From: an uncultured Actinomycetota bacterium | GTDB taxonomy: Bacteria > Actinomycetota > Actinomycetes > JAHEKZ01 | Direction of reading: 5' to 3' | Assembly (NCBI GenBank): GCA_963829525.1 | Contig: CAWHIJ010000003.1 | Span: 324,065-356,064, forward strand | Length of the DNA: 32,000 bases | Shown: piece after piece, positions 7,517 through 16,372 of the stretch | Layout: every line of letters starts with the position of its first letter | Position numbering within the stretch: the first letter of the stretch is position 1 | Translations under genes and position numbers: made by a program | Notes under the pieces: model-generated | The model's database searches: none | What the model was told of the DNA's origin: nothing | The model's input: only the letters and a program-made list of their open reading frames with translations

Positions 7517-8515
7517 ATGTCGAGCATTCCCGCCACATTCGCTGCCTTTGTCGCGGAGAAGGACGGCGACGCCGTCGTCCGCGAGGTACGCCAGATCTCC
7601 GTCAACGACCTCGGCGAGGGTGACTCCGTCATTCGCGTCACGTGGTCGTGCGTCAACTACAAGGACGGCCTCGCCACGTTGGCGAACGGCAAGGTGGCCC
7701 GCATCAACCCAATCATCCCCGGCGTCGACATGGCCGGAGAGATCGTCGAGCCAGGGGACTCCGGGCTCGCGGTCGGCACCGAGGTGATCGCGCACGGGTA
7801 CGACCTCGGCGTCGCGCACCATGGCGGCTACACCGAGTGCGCCCGCGTGCCGTCGCAGTGGCTCGTGCCGCTGCCGGACGGGTTGACCGCCAAGCAGGCA
7901 ATGGCCATTGGCACCGCGGGCTTCACGGCTGCGCTGTCGGTGCACGCACTCGAGCGCCATGGTCTCAAGCCCGGCACCGGGCCCGTACTGGTGACCGGCG
8001 CGACTGGCGGCGTTGGTTCGGTGGCTGTCGGCATCCTCGCCGACCGCGGGTACGAGGTGGCAGCGTCCACCGGCAAGCCGGACGCCGAAGGGTTCCTGAA
8101 GGGGCTCGGCGCCAGCGAGATCGTCAGCCGCGACAAGACGTCCGGCCCAGGCAAGCCGCTCGAGCGTGAGCGTTGGGCCGGAGCCGTTGACTGCGTCGGT
8201 GCTTCAACGCTTCCGTACATCTTGCGCACGTTGAAGTACGGCGGTGCCGTTGCGGCGTCCGGCAACACCAGTGGCATCGGGCTGGAGACGACGGTCTTCC
8301 CGTTCATCCTGCGCGGCATCGCGCTGCTCGGGATCGACTCTGTTGCGATGCCGATCGAGGAGCGTCGCGCCGTGTGGCAGCGGATCGCCACTGACCTGCG
8401 TCCGCGTAGCCTTGACGACATCGGCTCGCGCGAGGTGTCGCTCGCCGAGCTGCCGAGCGCGCTCGACGACGTCCTGGCTGGTGCCAACACCGGGCGCACG
8501 CTCGTCCGCCTCTGA
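7517..8515 (+). CDS. acuI: MDR-family NADPH-dependent enoyl/acrylyl-CoA reductase (YhdH/AcuI family)
   Basis: It is collinear with E. coli YhdH as I remember it (…NYKDGLA…PGVDMAGEIV…GTAGFTAALSV…VTGATGGVGSVAV…MPFILRG…GRTLV). The start is ATG 7517, preceded by GGAG. Confidence 0.85.
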   Translation: MSSIPATFAAFVAEKDGDAVVREVRQISVNDLGEGDSVIRVTWSCVNYKDGLATLANGKVARINPIIPGVDMAGEIVEPGDSGLAVGTEVIAHGYDLGVAHHGGYTECARVPSQWLVPLPDGLTAKQAMAIGTAGFTAALSVHALERHGLKPGTGPVLVTGATGGVGSVAVGILADRGYEVAASTGKPDAEGFLKGLGASEIVSRDKTSGPGKPLERERWAGAVDCVGASTLPYILRTLKYGGAVAASGNTSGIGLETTVFPFILRGIALLGIDSVAMPIEERRAVWQRIATDLRPRSLDDIGSREVSLAELPSALDDVLAGANTGRTLVRL

Positions 8516-8697
8516 CGCCAAGGACGCATCGCGCGGGTCGCTTGAGCCGCATCGCTGTGTTCCGCTGTTCCCCCCAGCCGCGCTGAAGACTTACCGCATT
8601 TCTTTTCGCCCGCGGAGAGGGCGTTCAGCTGGGGGTAACTCTTCAGGGCGGAAATCTCGCTTGCCCTCCTGTCGGGGGATCCGGTTAGGGTCGCCTA

Positions 8698-9540
8698 ATG
8701 ACTCCCCCCACGGAATCTTCTGCCCCTGCTCCCACCCACGGCGTCCCGGCCATCTCCGCGCGCGGCCTCGTCAAGACCTTCACCGGTCGCTCCGGCACGG
8801 TCGAGGCGGTGCGCGGTGTCGACCTGACCGTGCAGCCGGGTGAGGTGTTCGGCTTCCTCGGCCCCAACGGCGCTGGCAAGTCGACGACCGTCCGGATGCT
8901 CACGACCCTGACCGGAATCACCGGTGGGTCTGCCTCGGTGGCCGGTGTCGACGTCGCCTCCGACCCCGATGGCGTCCGGCACAAGATCGGTGTCGCCTTG
9001 CAAGAGGCTGGCCTCGACATGCGCCAGACCGGTCGCGAGTTGGTCGTATTGCAGGCCAGGCTCTTCGGCCTCTCGCGCGCTGATGCCGGAAAGCGCGCAG
9101 AAGAGCTGCTCGAGCTCGTCGAGCTCAGCGACGCGGCCGACCGTTTGATCAAGGGCTACTCCGGCGGCATGAAGCGACGCCTCGACCTCGCGTCAGCGCT
9201 GGTGCACCGGCCCGACGTCCTCTTCCTGGACGAGCCAACGACAGGCCTTGACCCGTCGAGCCGGCTCGTGGTCTGGGACGAGGTGCGGCGCATCAACGCG
9301 AAAGGCACCACTGTGTTCTTGACGACCCAGTACCTCGAAGAGGCCGACCAGCTCTGTGAGCGGTTGGCCATCATCGACGACGGAAAGATCGTGACCGAGG
9401 GCACGCCCGCCAGCCTCAAGGCTGAGCTGAAGGCTCGTCGCGGTCTGGAGGCCGACCCGACCCTCGACGACGTATTCCTCGACGTCACCGGTCGCCGGCG
9501 AGAACGCGGCGCCGGCGAGGTCAGCGAGGTGGCGTCATGA
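8698..9540 (+). CDS. ABC transporter ATP-binding protein (DrrA/ABC-2 type exporter)
   Basis: Walker A is GPNGAGKST, the signature is YSGGMKRRL and Walker B is VLFLDEPTTGLD. It is ATGA-coupled to the downstream ABC-2 permease. Confidence 0.9.
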   Translation: MTPPTESSAPAPTHGVPAISARGLVKTFTGRSGTVEAVRGVDLTVQPGEVFGFLGPNGAGKSTTVRMLTTLTGITGGSASVAGVDVASDPDGVRHKIGVALQEAGLDMRQTGRELVVLQARLFGLSRADAGKRAEELLELVELSDAADRLIKGYSGGMKRRLDLASALVHRPDVLFLDEPTTGLDPSSRLVVWDEVRRINAKGTTVFLTTQYLEEADQLCERLAIIDDGKIVTEGTPASLKAELKARRGLEADPTLDDVFLDVTGRRRERGAGEVSEVAS

Positions 9541-10292
9541 GAACTGTTCTCGTCCTCGGAGAGCGTGCCGTCCGCGAAGCCAAGCGGACGCCGGACGCGC
9601 TGCTGCCGACGCTGCTCATCCCGATCTTCTTCCTCATCGTCAATACCGGCCAAGCGGCGAAGATCTTTCCAACCGGCAGCACTCCCTGGCTGGAAGGACA
9701 GAGCTACGCGGCCTTTCAGTTGCCAGCAACGCTGTTGTTGGCGGCTTCGTTCGGTACTGCGGCCCTCTACCTGGTGGAAGAGATCGAGAACGGCTACTTC
9801 GACAAGCTGCGCGCAACGCCGATTTCGCGAGGGTCGTTGGCGCTGGGGCGGCTCTCGGCCGAGGCGCTGAAGTCCACGCTGATGACGATCGTGATCCTCG
9901 CGATCGCCTTTCCGTTCGGGATCCGCATTGCCAGCGGCGTGGTCGGGGTGGTGCTGCTGATCCTGCTGACTGCCGGTTGGGCCGTTGGTTACTCCGGCTT
10001 CCTGCAGTTCGTGGCGCTGAAGACCCGCAACGCCGCCGCCACCAACTCCGCGGGGCTGATCTTCTTCCCGCTGCTCTTCCTGACACCGAACTTCGTCCCA
10101 CGTGGGTTGCTTGCGCGGCCAATGGAGATTGCAGCGACGTTCAACCCCGTCACCTATGTGATGGAGGCGTTGCGTTCGCTGATCCTGGTCGACCTCGACT
10201 GGGCCGTGATCGGTGTGGGATTCCTGGTCACTGGGGGCTTTGTGGCGCTGACCCTGTGGATGAACATCCGGACGATGGCGAAGTACGACTGA
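9537..10292 (+). CDS. ABC-2 type transporter permease
   Basis: The 251-aa protein shows a pattern of about six hydrophobic segments typical of ABC-2/DrrB permeases. Its start overlaps the ATPase stop. Confidence 0.85.
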   Translation: MRTVLVLGERAVREAKRTPDALLPTLLIPIFFLIVNTGQAAKIFPTGSTPWLEGQSYAAFQLPATLLLAASFGTAALYLVEEIENGYFDKLRATPISRGSLALGRLSAEALKSTLMTIVILAIAFPFGIRIASGVVGVVLLILLTAGWAVGYSGFLQFVALKTRNAAATNSAGLIFFPLLFLTPNFVPRGLLARPMEIAATFNPVTYVMEALRSLILVDLDWAVIGVGFLVTGGFVALTLWMNIRTMAKYD

Positions 10293-10463
10293 CAGTTCGG
10301 GGGTCGCGGTGCGCCTACACGCTCAGGCAGCCGGGCGCGGAAGGCCTGGTCAGCCACAACTGATGTCTGGCTAAGACCGTCTTATGAAACCGCTGTTCCA
10401 CAGGGTGGATCCTCTGCGTTTGGAGCGTGGTATTTCGACGTCAAGAGGCTTACCCTCGGAGAA

Positions 10464-10988
10464 ATGACTGAACGGTCGCTCAGTGAAATGCCGGGCGGCG
10501 CGTCTTACGACGCCGCCGACCCCGATGCCGCGCGCGTACGGGCGATCGCGGTGGCCCGCAGCGGCGAGCTCGGGCCGCTGATGGAGATCCTGCACGACAT
10601 CCAGCACACCGTCGGTTACCTGCCTGCGAGCACGGTGCCTGTGCTCGCGGATGTCCTTAACCTCAGCCGCGCCGAGGTCCACGGCGTCGTGTCGTTCTAC
10701 TCCGACTTCCGTACCAGCCCTCCCGCTGCCACCACTGTTGCCATCTGCCGTGGCGAGGCGTGCCAGGCGGTGGGCGCCGAAGCCCTTGTGGACCATGCGA
10801 AGACCAAGCTTGGGGTCGGTGTCGGCGAGCAGAGTGCCGATGGCTCGGTCGGTCTCGAGCAGATCTTCTGCTTCGGCAACTGTGCGCTGGGACCGACCGC
10901 CACCGTCGCTGGTCGGCTCCGCGGCAGGCTCACCCCAGCCTCGCTCGACGCGCTCATCGATGAGGCAACGCCAGGAGCACACCAGTGA
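10464..10988 (+). CDS. fdsG: Formate dehydrogenase gamma subunit (NuoE-like [2Fe-2S] protein)
   Basis: The NuoE-type pattern is present: VVSFYSDF, then CRGEAC…CFGNC cysteines. GGAGAA precedes the ATG. It is GTGA-coupled to fdsB. Confidence 0.85.
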   Translation: MTERSLSEMPGGASYDAADPDAARVRAIAVARSGELGPLMEILHDIQHTVGYLPASTVPVLADVLNLSRAEVHGVVSFYSDFRTSPPAATTVAICRGEACQAVGAEALVDHAKTKLGVGVGEQSADGSVGLEQIFCFGNCALGPTATVAGRLRGRLTPASLDALIDEATPGAHQ

Positions 10989-12538
10989 CCGTCACCGTCT
11001 ACGTCCCTCGCGACTCCTCGGCGCGTGCTGTCGGCGCCGACGAGGTCGCCGTTGCCCTGACGGCTGAGGCGGCCAGACGCGGTGACGACATCTGCATCGT
11101 GCGAAACGGGTCACGCGGCATGCTCTGGCTCGAACCGTTCGTCGAGGTTGACGTCGACGGCACTCGCATCGGTTACGGTCCGGTCCAAGCGGCCGACGTC
11201 GCTGACTTGCTGGACGCGGGGCTGCTCACAGGTGGTGACCATGCGCTGAAGCACGGGGTGGTTGACGAGCTCTCCTGGCTTTCCCGCCAGGACCGCCTCA
11301 TGTATGCGCGGATGGGCGTCATCGACCCGATCGACCTCAGCGACTACCAGGCGCACGGCGGGCTTGTTGGCCTTCGCAAGGCCGTTGCGATGGCGCCGCA
11401 AGACGTCGTTGACGTGGTCACGGCGTCCGGGCTTCGCGGCCGTGGTGGCGCCGGCTTCCCGGCTGGCCGCAAGTGGCAGACCGTACTCGGCGCACCGGGC
11501 GACACCAAGTACATCTGCTGTAACGCCGACGAGGGCGACAGCGGCACGTACGCCGACCGCATGCTCATGGAGGGTGACCCGTTCACCCTTCTCGAAGGCA
11601 TGACGATCGCCGGACTCGCCGTTGGCGCAACACAGGGCTACATCTACCTGCGTTCGGAGTACCCGGACGCTCGCGACATCCTCAACGCCGCGATCGAAGC
11701 CGCACGAGAGTTTGGCTGGCTCGGCGCCGACGTCCTCGGCAGTGGGCGAGCCTTCGACATCAAGGTCCGTATGGGCGCCGGTGCCTACATCTGCGGCGAA
11801 GAGACGTCGATGCTCGACAGCCTCGAGGGCAAGCGCGGCATGGTGCGCGCCAAGCCGCCGCTGCCGGCACTCGAAGGCCTCTTCGGCAAGCCAACAGTCG
11901 TCAACAACGTACTCACCCTGGGCAGCGTCCCGTTCGTGCTGGCCGAGGGTGCGGACGCGTATGCGTCCCGCGGGCTTGACCGCTCGCTCGGTACGCAGGT
12001 CTTCCAGCTCGCCGGCAACATCAAGCAGGGCGGCGTCGTCGAGCTCGGGTTCGGCGTGACGCTGCGCGAGCTGGTTGAAGACTTCGGTGGCGGCACCGCG
12101 TCCGGGCGCCCTATCCGCGCGATCCAGGTGGGTGGCCCGCTCGGCTCCTACCTGACTGCCGACCAGCTCGACCTGCCGCTCGAGTACGAAACCTTCGCTG
12201 CGGCCGGCGCCATGGTGGGCCACGGCGGAATCGTGGTGCACGATGACACGGTGGACATGGCGCAGATGGCGCGGTTCGCCATGGAGTTCTGCTCCGAAGA
12301 GTCGTGCGGCAAGTGCACGCCCTGTCGCGTGGGTTCGACGCGAGGTGTCGAGGTCATCGACAAGATAACCGCTGGCGACGACCGCACCGGCAACCTCACG
12401 CTGCTGCTCGACCTCTGCGACGTCATGACCGACGGCTCGCTCTGCGCGATGGGCGGACTCACCCCAATGCCCGTTCGCAGCGCACTCACCAAGTTCCCCG
12501 AAGACTTTGGCCTGACGGCTCAGGAGGTCACCCCATGA
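10985..12538 (+). CDS. fdsB: Formate dehydrogenase beta subunit (NuoF-like, NAD/FMN-binding)
   Basis: GLRGRGGAGFPAGRKW and NADEGDSGT are the NuoF FMN/NADH motifs, and ESCGKCTPCR is the 4Fe-4S motif. A thioredoxin-like N-terminal extension typical of FdsB is present. Confidence 0.9.
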   Translation: MTVTVYVPRDSSARAVGADEVAVALTAEAARRGDDICIVRNGSRGMLWLEPFVEVDVDGTRIGYGPVQAADVADLLDAGLLTGGDHALKHGVVDELSWLSRQDRLMYARMGVIDPIDLSDYQAHGGLVGLRKAVAMAPQDVVDVVTASGLRGRGGAGFPAGRKWQTVLGAPGDTKYICCNADEGDSGTYADRMLMEGDPFTLLEGMTIAGLAVGATQGYIYLRSEYPDARDILNAAIEAAREFGWLGADVLGSGRAFDIKVRMGAGAYICGEETSMLDSLEGKRGMVRAKPPLPALEGLFGKPTVVNNVLTLGSVPFVLAEGADAYASRGLDRSLGTQVFQLAGNIKQGGVVELGFGVTLRELVEDFGGGTASGRPIRAIQVGGPLGSYLTADQLDLPLEYETFAAAGAMVGHGGIVVHDDTVDMAQMARFAMEFCSEESCGKCTPCRVGSTRGVEVIDKITAGDDRTGNLTLLLDLCDVMTDGSLCAMGGLTPMPVRSALTKFPEDFGLTAQEVTP

Positions 12539-15500
12539 CACTGCTTCACGAGCCTGTCGGACGCGTGCTGTCTGACATGGGCACGCCCGAAGTTCCGGGT
12601 GAGTCAACCATCGAGGTTGAGATCGACGGCGTCGCTGTCACCGTGCCCGAGGGCACCTCGATCATGCGGGCCGCCGCTGAGGCTGGCATCGACGTCCCCA
12701 AGCTCTGCGCCACTGACACGTTGAAGTCGTTCGGCTCGTGCCGGGTCTGCCTGGTCGAGATCGAAGGACGCCCGGGCACGCCTGCGTCCTGCACAACGCC
12801 CGTTGCTCCTGGCATGAAGGTCGCAACGAGCACACCGAAGGTCGACAAGCTGCGCCAAAGCGTCGTTGAGCTCTACCTCTCCGACCACCCTGCTGACACT
12901 TGCGTCGAGGGTGCCTGCGAGCTGCACGCGATGGCAGAGACCGTCGGGCTCACCGACGTCCGGTATGGCCAGGAGGGCCACAACCACCTCGACATCGAGG
13001 TGGATGCCTCCAACCCCTACTTCACCTTCGACCCGAAGGCGTGCATCGTCTGCTCCCGTTGTGTGCGTGCGTGCGACGAGGTGCAGGGCACCTTGGCGCT
13101 CACGGTTGAGGGACGTGGCTTCGAGTCGCTGATCTCGGCGTCCGGCACGTCATTCATGGAGTCGGAGTGCGTCTCCTGCGGTGCCTGCGTTCAGGCCTGC
13201 CCGACGACTGCACTTCAGGAGAAGAGCATCATCGAGCTCGGTATGCCGACGCGAACGGTGAAGACCACCTGCGCCTATTGCGGAGTCGGTTGCTCGTTTG
13301 ACGCTGAGATGCGTGGCGACGAGCTGGTGCGCATGACGCCATCGAAAGAGGGCGGCGCTAACGAGGGTCACTCCTGCGTCAAGGGTCGCTTCGCGTGGGG
13401 CTACGCAACTCACCGCGAGCGCGTCACCGTCCCCATGGTGCGCGAGTCGATCACCGACGATTGGCGTGAGGTGTCGTGGGACGAGGCGATCAGCTTCACC
13501 GCTCAGCGCTTCACGGCACTGCAGCAGAAGTACGGTGCGGACTCTATCGGTGGGATCACATCGTCGCGCTGCACGAACGAAGAGGTCTTCGTCGTGCAAA
13601 AGATGGTGCGGGCTGCGTTCGGCAACAACAACGTCGATACGTGTGCGCGGGTCTGTCACTCCCCCACTGGGTATGGCCTGAAGCAGACGTTTGGAACCTC
13701 GGCGGGAACTCAAGACTTCAAGTCGGTGGAACAGGCCGACATGATTCTGCTGATCGGCGCCAACCCCACCGACGCGCACCCGGTCTTCGGCTCTCGCATG
13801 AAGAAGAGGTTGCGCGAAGGGGCCCAACTCGTCGTGGTTGACCCGCGCCGCATCGATCTCGTGCGGACGCCGCACGTCGAAGCTGAACACCACCTGCAGC
13901 TGCGTCCAGGAACCAACGTTGCGGTCGTCAATGCATTTGCGCACGTCGTCGTCACCGAGGGGCTCGTCGACCGCGAGTTTGTGGCCGCCCGCTGCGAGGA
14001 CGACTCGTTCGCGTCGTGGGAGGCGTTCATCGCCCAGCCGGAGAACAGTCCGGAGGCGACCGAGTCAGCCACCGGCGTTCCCGCGTCAGAGATCCGCGAG
14101 GCCGCCCGGCTCTATGCGAAAGCGCCAAACGCAGCGATCTACTACGGACTGGGTGTCACCGAGCACAGCCAAGGTTCGACGATGGTCATGGGCATGGCCA
14201 ACCTTGCGATGGCCACGGGCAACATCGGTCGCGACGGCGTTGGCGTCAACCCACTGCGCGGGCAGAACAACGTGCAAGGTTCGTGCGACATGGGTTCGTT
14301 CCCCCACGAGTTCAGCGGCTACCGGCACGTCTCCGACGACACCGTTCGCGTGCTCTTCGAGGACGTGTGGGGCCGGGAGATGCGCGCCGAACCAGGGCTT
14401 CGCATCCCGAACATGTTCGATGCCGCGGTCGCTGGAACGTTCCGGGGCCTCTTCGTCCAGGGCGAGGACGTTGCGCAGTCCGATCCGAACATCACGCATG
14501 TCACTGCTGCCCTGACGGCACTCGACACGTTGGTCGTTCAGGACCTCTTCCTCAACGAGACGGCGAAGTTCGCCCACGTATTCTTGCCGGGAACGTCGTT
14601 CCTCGAGAAGGACGGCACCTTCACCAACGCCGAGCGTCGGATCAACCGGGTACGCCCAGTGATGGAGCCGAAGACCGGCAAGCAGGAGTGGCAGGTGGCC
14701 TGCGACATCTCCGCCGCAATGGGCTACTCGATGCACTACGACGATGCCTCGCAGATCATGGACGAGATCGCCCGCGTCACACCAACGTTCGCCGGCGTCT
14801 CGTTCGCGCACCTAGATGCCGTTGGCAGCCTGCAGTGGCCGTGCAACGACGCCGCGCCAGAGGGTACGCCGATCATGCACGTCGACGGCTTCGTCCGGGG
14901 CAAAGGACACTTCGTGCAGACGCCGTACGTCCCCACCGACGAGAAGACGAACCGCAAGTTCCCACTCATCCTGACGACCGGCCGCATCCTGTCGCAGTAC
15001 AACGTCGGTGCGCAGACGCGTCGAACTTCCAACGTCGAGTGGCACCCCGAGGACCTGCTCGAGATGCACGAGGCCGACGCCGCCGAGCGCGGGATCAGCG
15101 AAGGTGACTGGGTTGCCCTCAACAGTCGGGTTGGTGAGACGCACATGCGCGCGCACATCACCGATCGTGTGCCACAGGGTGTCGTCTACACAACGTTCCA
15201 CCACCCCGAGAGCGGGGCGAACGTCGTCACCACCGAGCACTCCGACTGGGCGACGAACTGCCCCGAGTACAAGGTGACCGCGGTGCAGATCCGTCCGGCG
15301 AACGCTGCTGATCCCAGCGCGGGCCGGTGCCGGAGTATGAGCAACACCGACCTCGTGCGGATGGTCAACCAGATCGCCATCAATCAGGGTCATCTGCCCG
15401 AAGATGAGGCGGCGGCGCTGGTGGCACAGCACCTGAAGATGTTCTGGGCGCCGGCCATGCAGCGTGACCTGTTCGCTGCCGTCGATGCAGGTGAAGCAGA

Positions 15501-15549
15501 CCTCAACGAGGTTGCGCTGCGCGCGGTGCGGCAGCTTCAGCCAGCCTGA
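12535..15549 (+). CDS. fdsA: Formate dehydrogenase alpha subunit (molybdopterin), with an FdsD-like C-terminal module fused in frame
   Basis: ATG 12535 is preceded by AGGAGG and ATGA-coupled to fdsB. Cofactor motifs: a 2Fe-2S motif (CATDTLKSFGSCRVC), two ferredoxin motifs (CIVCSRCVRAC, CVSCGACVQACP) and a MopB 4Fe-4S motif (CAYCGVGC). The active-site region SSRCTNEE carries Cys, not Sec. The canonical end …PEYKVTAVQ is followed, with no stop, by a 16-aa linker and MSNTDLVRMVNQIA…KMFWAPAMQRDL (FdsD-like). Confidence 0.88.
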   Translation: MTLLHEPVGRVLSDMGTPEVPGESTIEVEIDGVAVTVPEGTSIMRAAAEAGIDVPKLCATDTLKSFGSCRVCLVEIEGRPGTPASCTTPVAPGMKVATSTPKVDKLRQSVVELYLSDHPADTCVEGACELHAMAETVGLTDVRYGQEGHNHLDIEVDASNPYFTFDPKACIVCSRCVRACDEVQGTLALTVEGRGFESLISASGTSFMESECVSCGACVQACPTTALQEKSIIELGMPTRTVKTTCAYCGVGCSFDAEMRGDELVRMTPSKEGGANEGHSCVKGRFAWGYATHRERVTVPMVRESITDDWREVSWDEAISFTAQRFTALQQKYGADSIGGITSSRCTNEEVFVVQKMVRAAFGNNNVDTCARVCHSPTGYGLKQTFGTSAGTQDFKSVEQADMILLIGANPTDAHPVFGSRMKKRLREGAQLVVVDPRRIDLVRTPHVEAEHHLQLRPGTNVAVVNAFAHVVVTEGLVDREFVAARCEDDSFASWEAFIAQPENSPEATESATGVPASEIREAARLYAKAPNAAIYYGLGVTEHSQGSTMVMGMANLAMATGNIGRDGVGVNPLRGQNNVQGSCDMGSFPHEFSGYRHVSDDTVRVLFEDVWGREMRAEPGLRIPNMFDAAVAGTFRGLFVQGEDVAQSDPNITHVTAALTALDTLVVQDLFLNETAKFAHVFLPGTSFLEKDGTFTNAERRINRVRPVMEPKTGKQEWQVACDISAAMGYSMHYDDASQIMDEIARVTPTFAGVSFAHLDAVGSLQWPCNDAAPEGTPIMHVDGFVRGKGHFVQTPYVPTDEKTNRKFPLILTTGRILSQYNVGAQTRRTSNVEWHPEDLLEMHEADAAERGISEGDWVALNSRVGETHMRAHITDRVPQGVVYTTFHHPESGANVVTTEHSDWATNCPEYKVTAVQIRPANAADPSAGRCRSMSNTDLVRMVNQIAINQGHLPEDEAAALVAQHLKMFWAPAMQRDLFAAVDAGEADLNEVALRAVRQLQPA

Positions 15550-15582
15550 TCCGTTCGACGCCCGCGTAGCAGTTGAACGAGC

Positions 15583-16326
15583 TCATTGCGCGAGAATCCG
15601 ACAAGCGTCAAGCCCGGACTCTCGAGCGAGGTCGACGGCGAGCGTCGACGGCGCAGACACCGCAGCCAGCATCGGAATGCCAGCCATCACTGCCTTCTGC
15701 GTCAGCTCGAAGGACGCGCGAGCACTCACCTGAAGCAGCCATTCCGAGGCTGGAAGCGCCTCGTGCTGCAGCGCCCAGCCGACGACCTTGTCGACGGCGT
15801 TGTGGCGTCCGACATCTTCGCGGATGCAGACCGGGTCGCCGTTGAAGGTGAAGAGGCCAGCTGCGTGCAAGCCACCGGTGCGGTCGAACGCCGACTGCGC
15901 AGCGCGGAGTCGGTCGGGCAGCGCTGCGATCACCGTTGGCGAGATGGTGGCGGCGTTGCCGAGCACGGCGCCCCGGCGCGTGACGACCTCGGTGATGCTG
16001 TCGGCGCCACAGATGCCGCAGGCGCTGCTGGTCATGGTCAGCCGCGGTGCCGGTGGGATGAGTCTGTTGGCCAGGCGCACCTCAACGGTGTTCTCGTCAC
16101 AAGCGATCGCGCCGATGACGTCTTGCGGGGTGTGCACCGTTCCTTCGGAGACGAGCCACCCGAGCGCAAGCTCGATGTCGTGCCCCGGCGTCCGCATCGT
16201 CGTCGCGGTGTCGACCCCGTTGACCCGGATCGTGAGGGGCTCCTCGACCGCGAGCTGGTCGACGACCTCGGTGGCTACACCGTCGCGAAGCCGGGTCATC
16301 CGGCGTCGGTCTACGAGGCGTCCCAT
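15583..16326 (-). CDS. fdhD: Formate dehydrogenase accessory sulfurtransferase FdhD (3' end possibly frameshifted)
   Basis: The catalytic loop SSACGICG, plus GRHNAVDK and AAVSAPSTLAV, are present. ORF 15583..16662 was trimmed to ATG 16326 (MGRLVDRR…). The C-terminus in this frame ends abnormally (…ESGLDACRILAQ*); see findings. Confidence 0.85.
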   Translation of the reverse strand: MGRLVDRRRMTRLRDGVATEVVDQLAVEEPLTIRVNGVDTATTMRTPGHDIELALGWLVSEGTVHTPQDVIGAIACDENTVEVRLANRLIPPAPRLTMTSSACGICGADSITEVVTRRGAVLGNAATISPTVIAALPDRLRAAQSAFDRTGGLHAAGLFTFNGDPVCIREDVGRHNAVDKVVGWALQHEALPASEWLLQVSARASFELTQKAVMAGIPMLAAVSAPSTLAVDLARESGLDACRILAQ

Positions 16327-16372
16327 GGAACAACGGTGCCACAGGATGGGACAGATGGCGTCGCGCGTTCCA

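Noticed and set aside
7376-7960. N-terminal extensions of the six-frame ORFs: 5213..7960, 12304..15549, 15583..16662, 17848..19746, 25759..26559, 4165..4776, 24550..25707 and 29662..30393.
   Set aside because: Homology begins at internal starts that have an SD sequence or ATGA/GTGA coupling. The upstream parts overlap neighbouring genes or intergenic DNA and look non-coding.
8516-8697. Possible regulatory structure upstream of the DrrAB-like exporter: GAGGGC…GCCCTC arms about 45 nt apart and a repeated GCATCGC.
   Set aside because: The arms are only 6-bp matches in GC-rich DNA, which is within chance expectation, and no recognisable motif is present.
10293-10463. Possible Moco riboswitch or other leader upstream of the formate dehydrogenase operon.
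   Set aside because: The context is plausible, since the operon encodes a molybdoenzyme. However, I cannot match the conserved Moco-motif helices by eye. I see only a small palindrome (AAGAC-C-GTCTT) and an SD. A covariance-model scan is needed before any claim.
13560-13580. Selenocysteine (in-frame TGA with a SECIS element) in the formate dehydrogenase alpha subunit.
   Set aside because: The active-site position reads SSRCTNEE with a Cys codon, and there is no in-frame TGA in fdsA.
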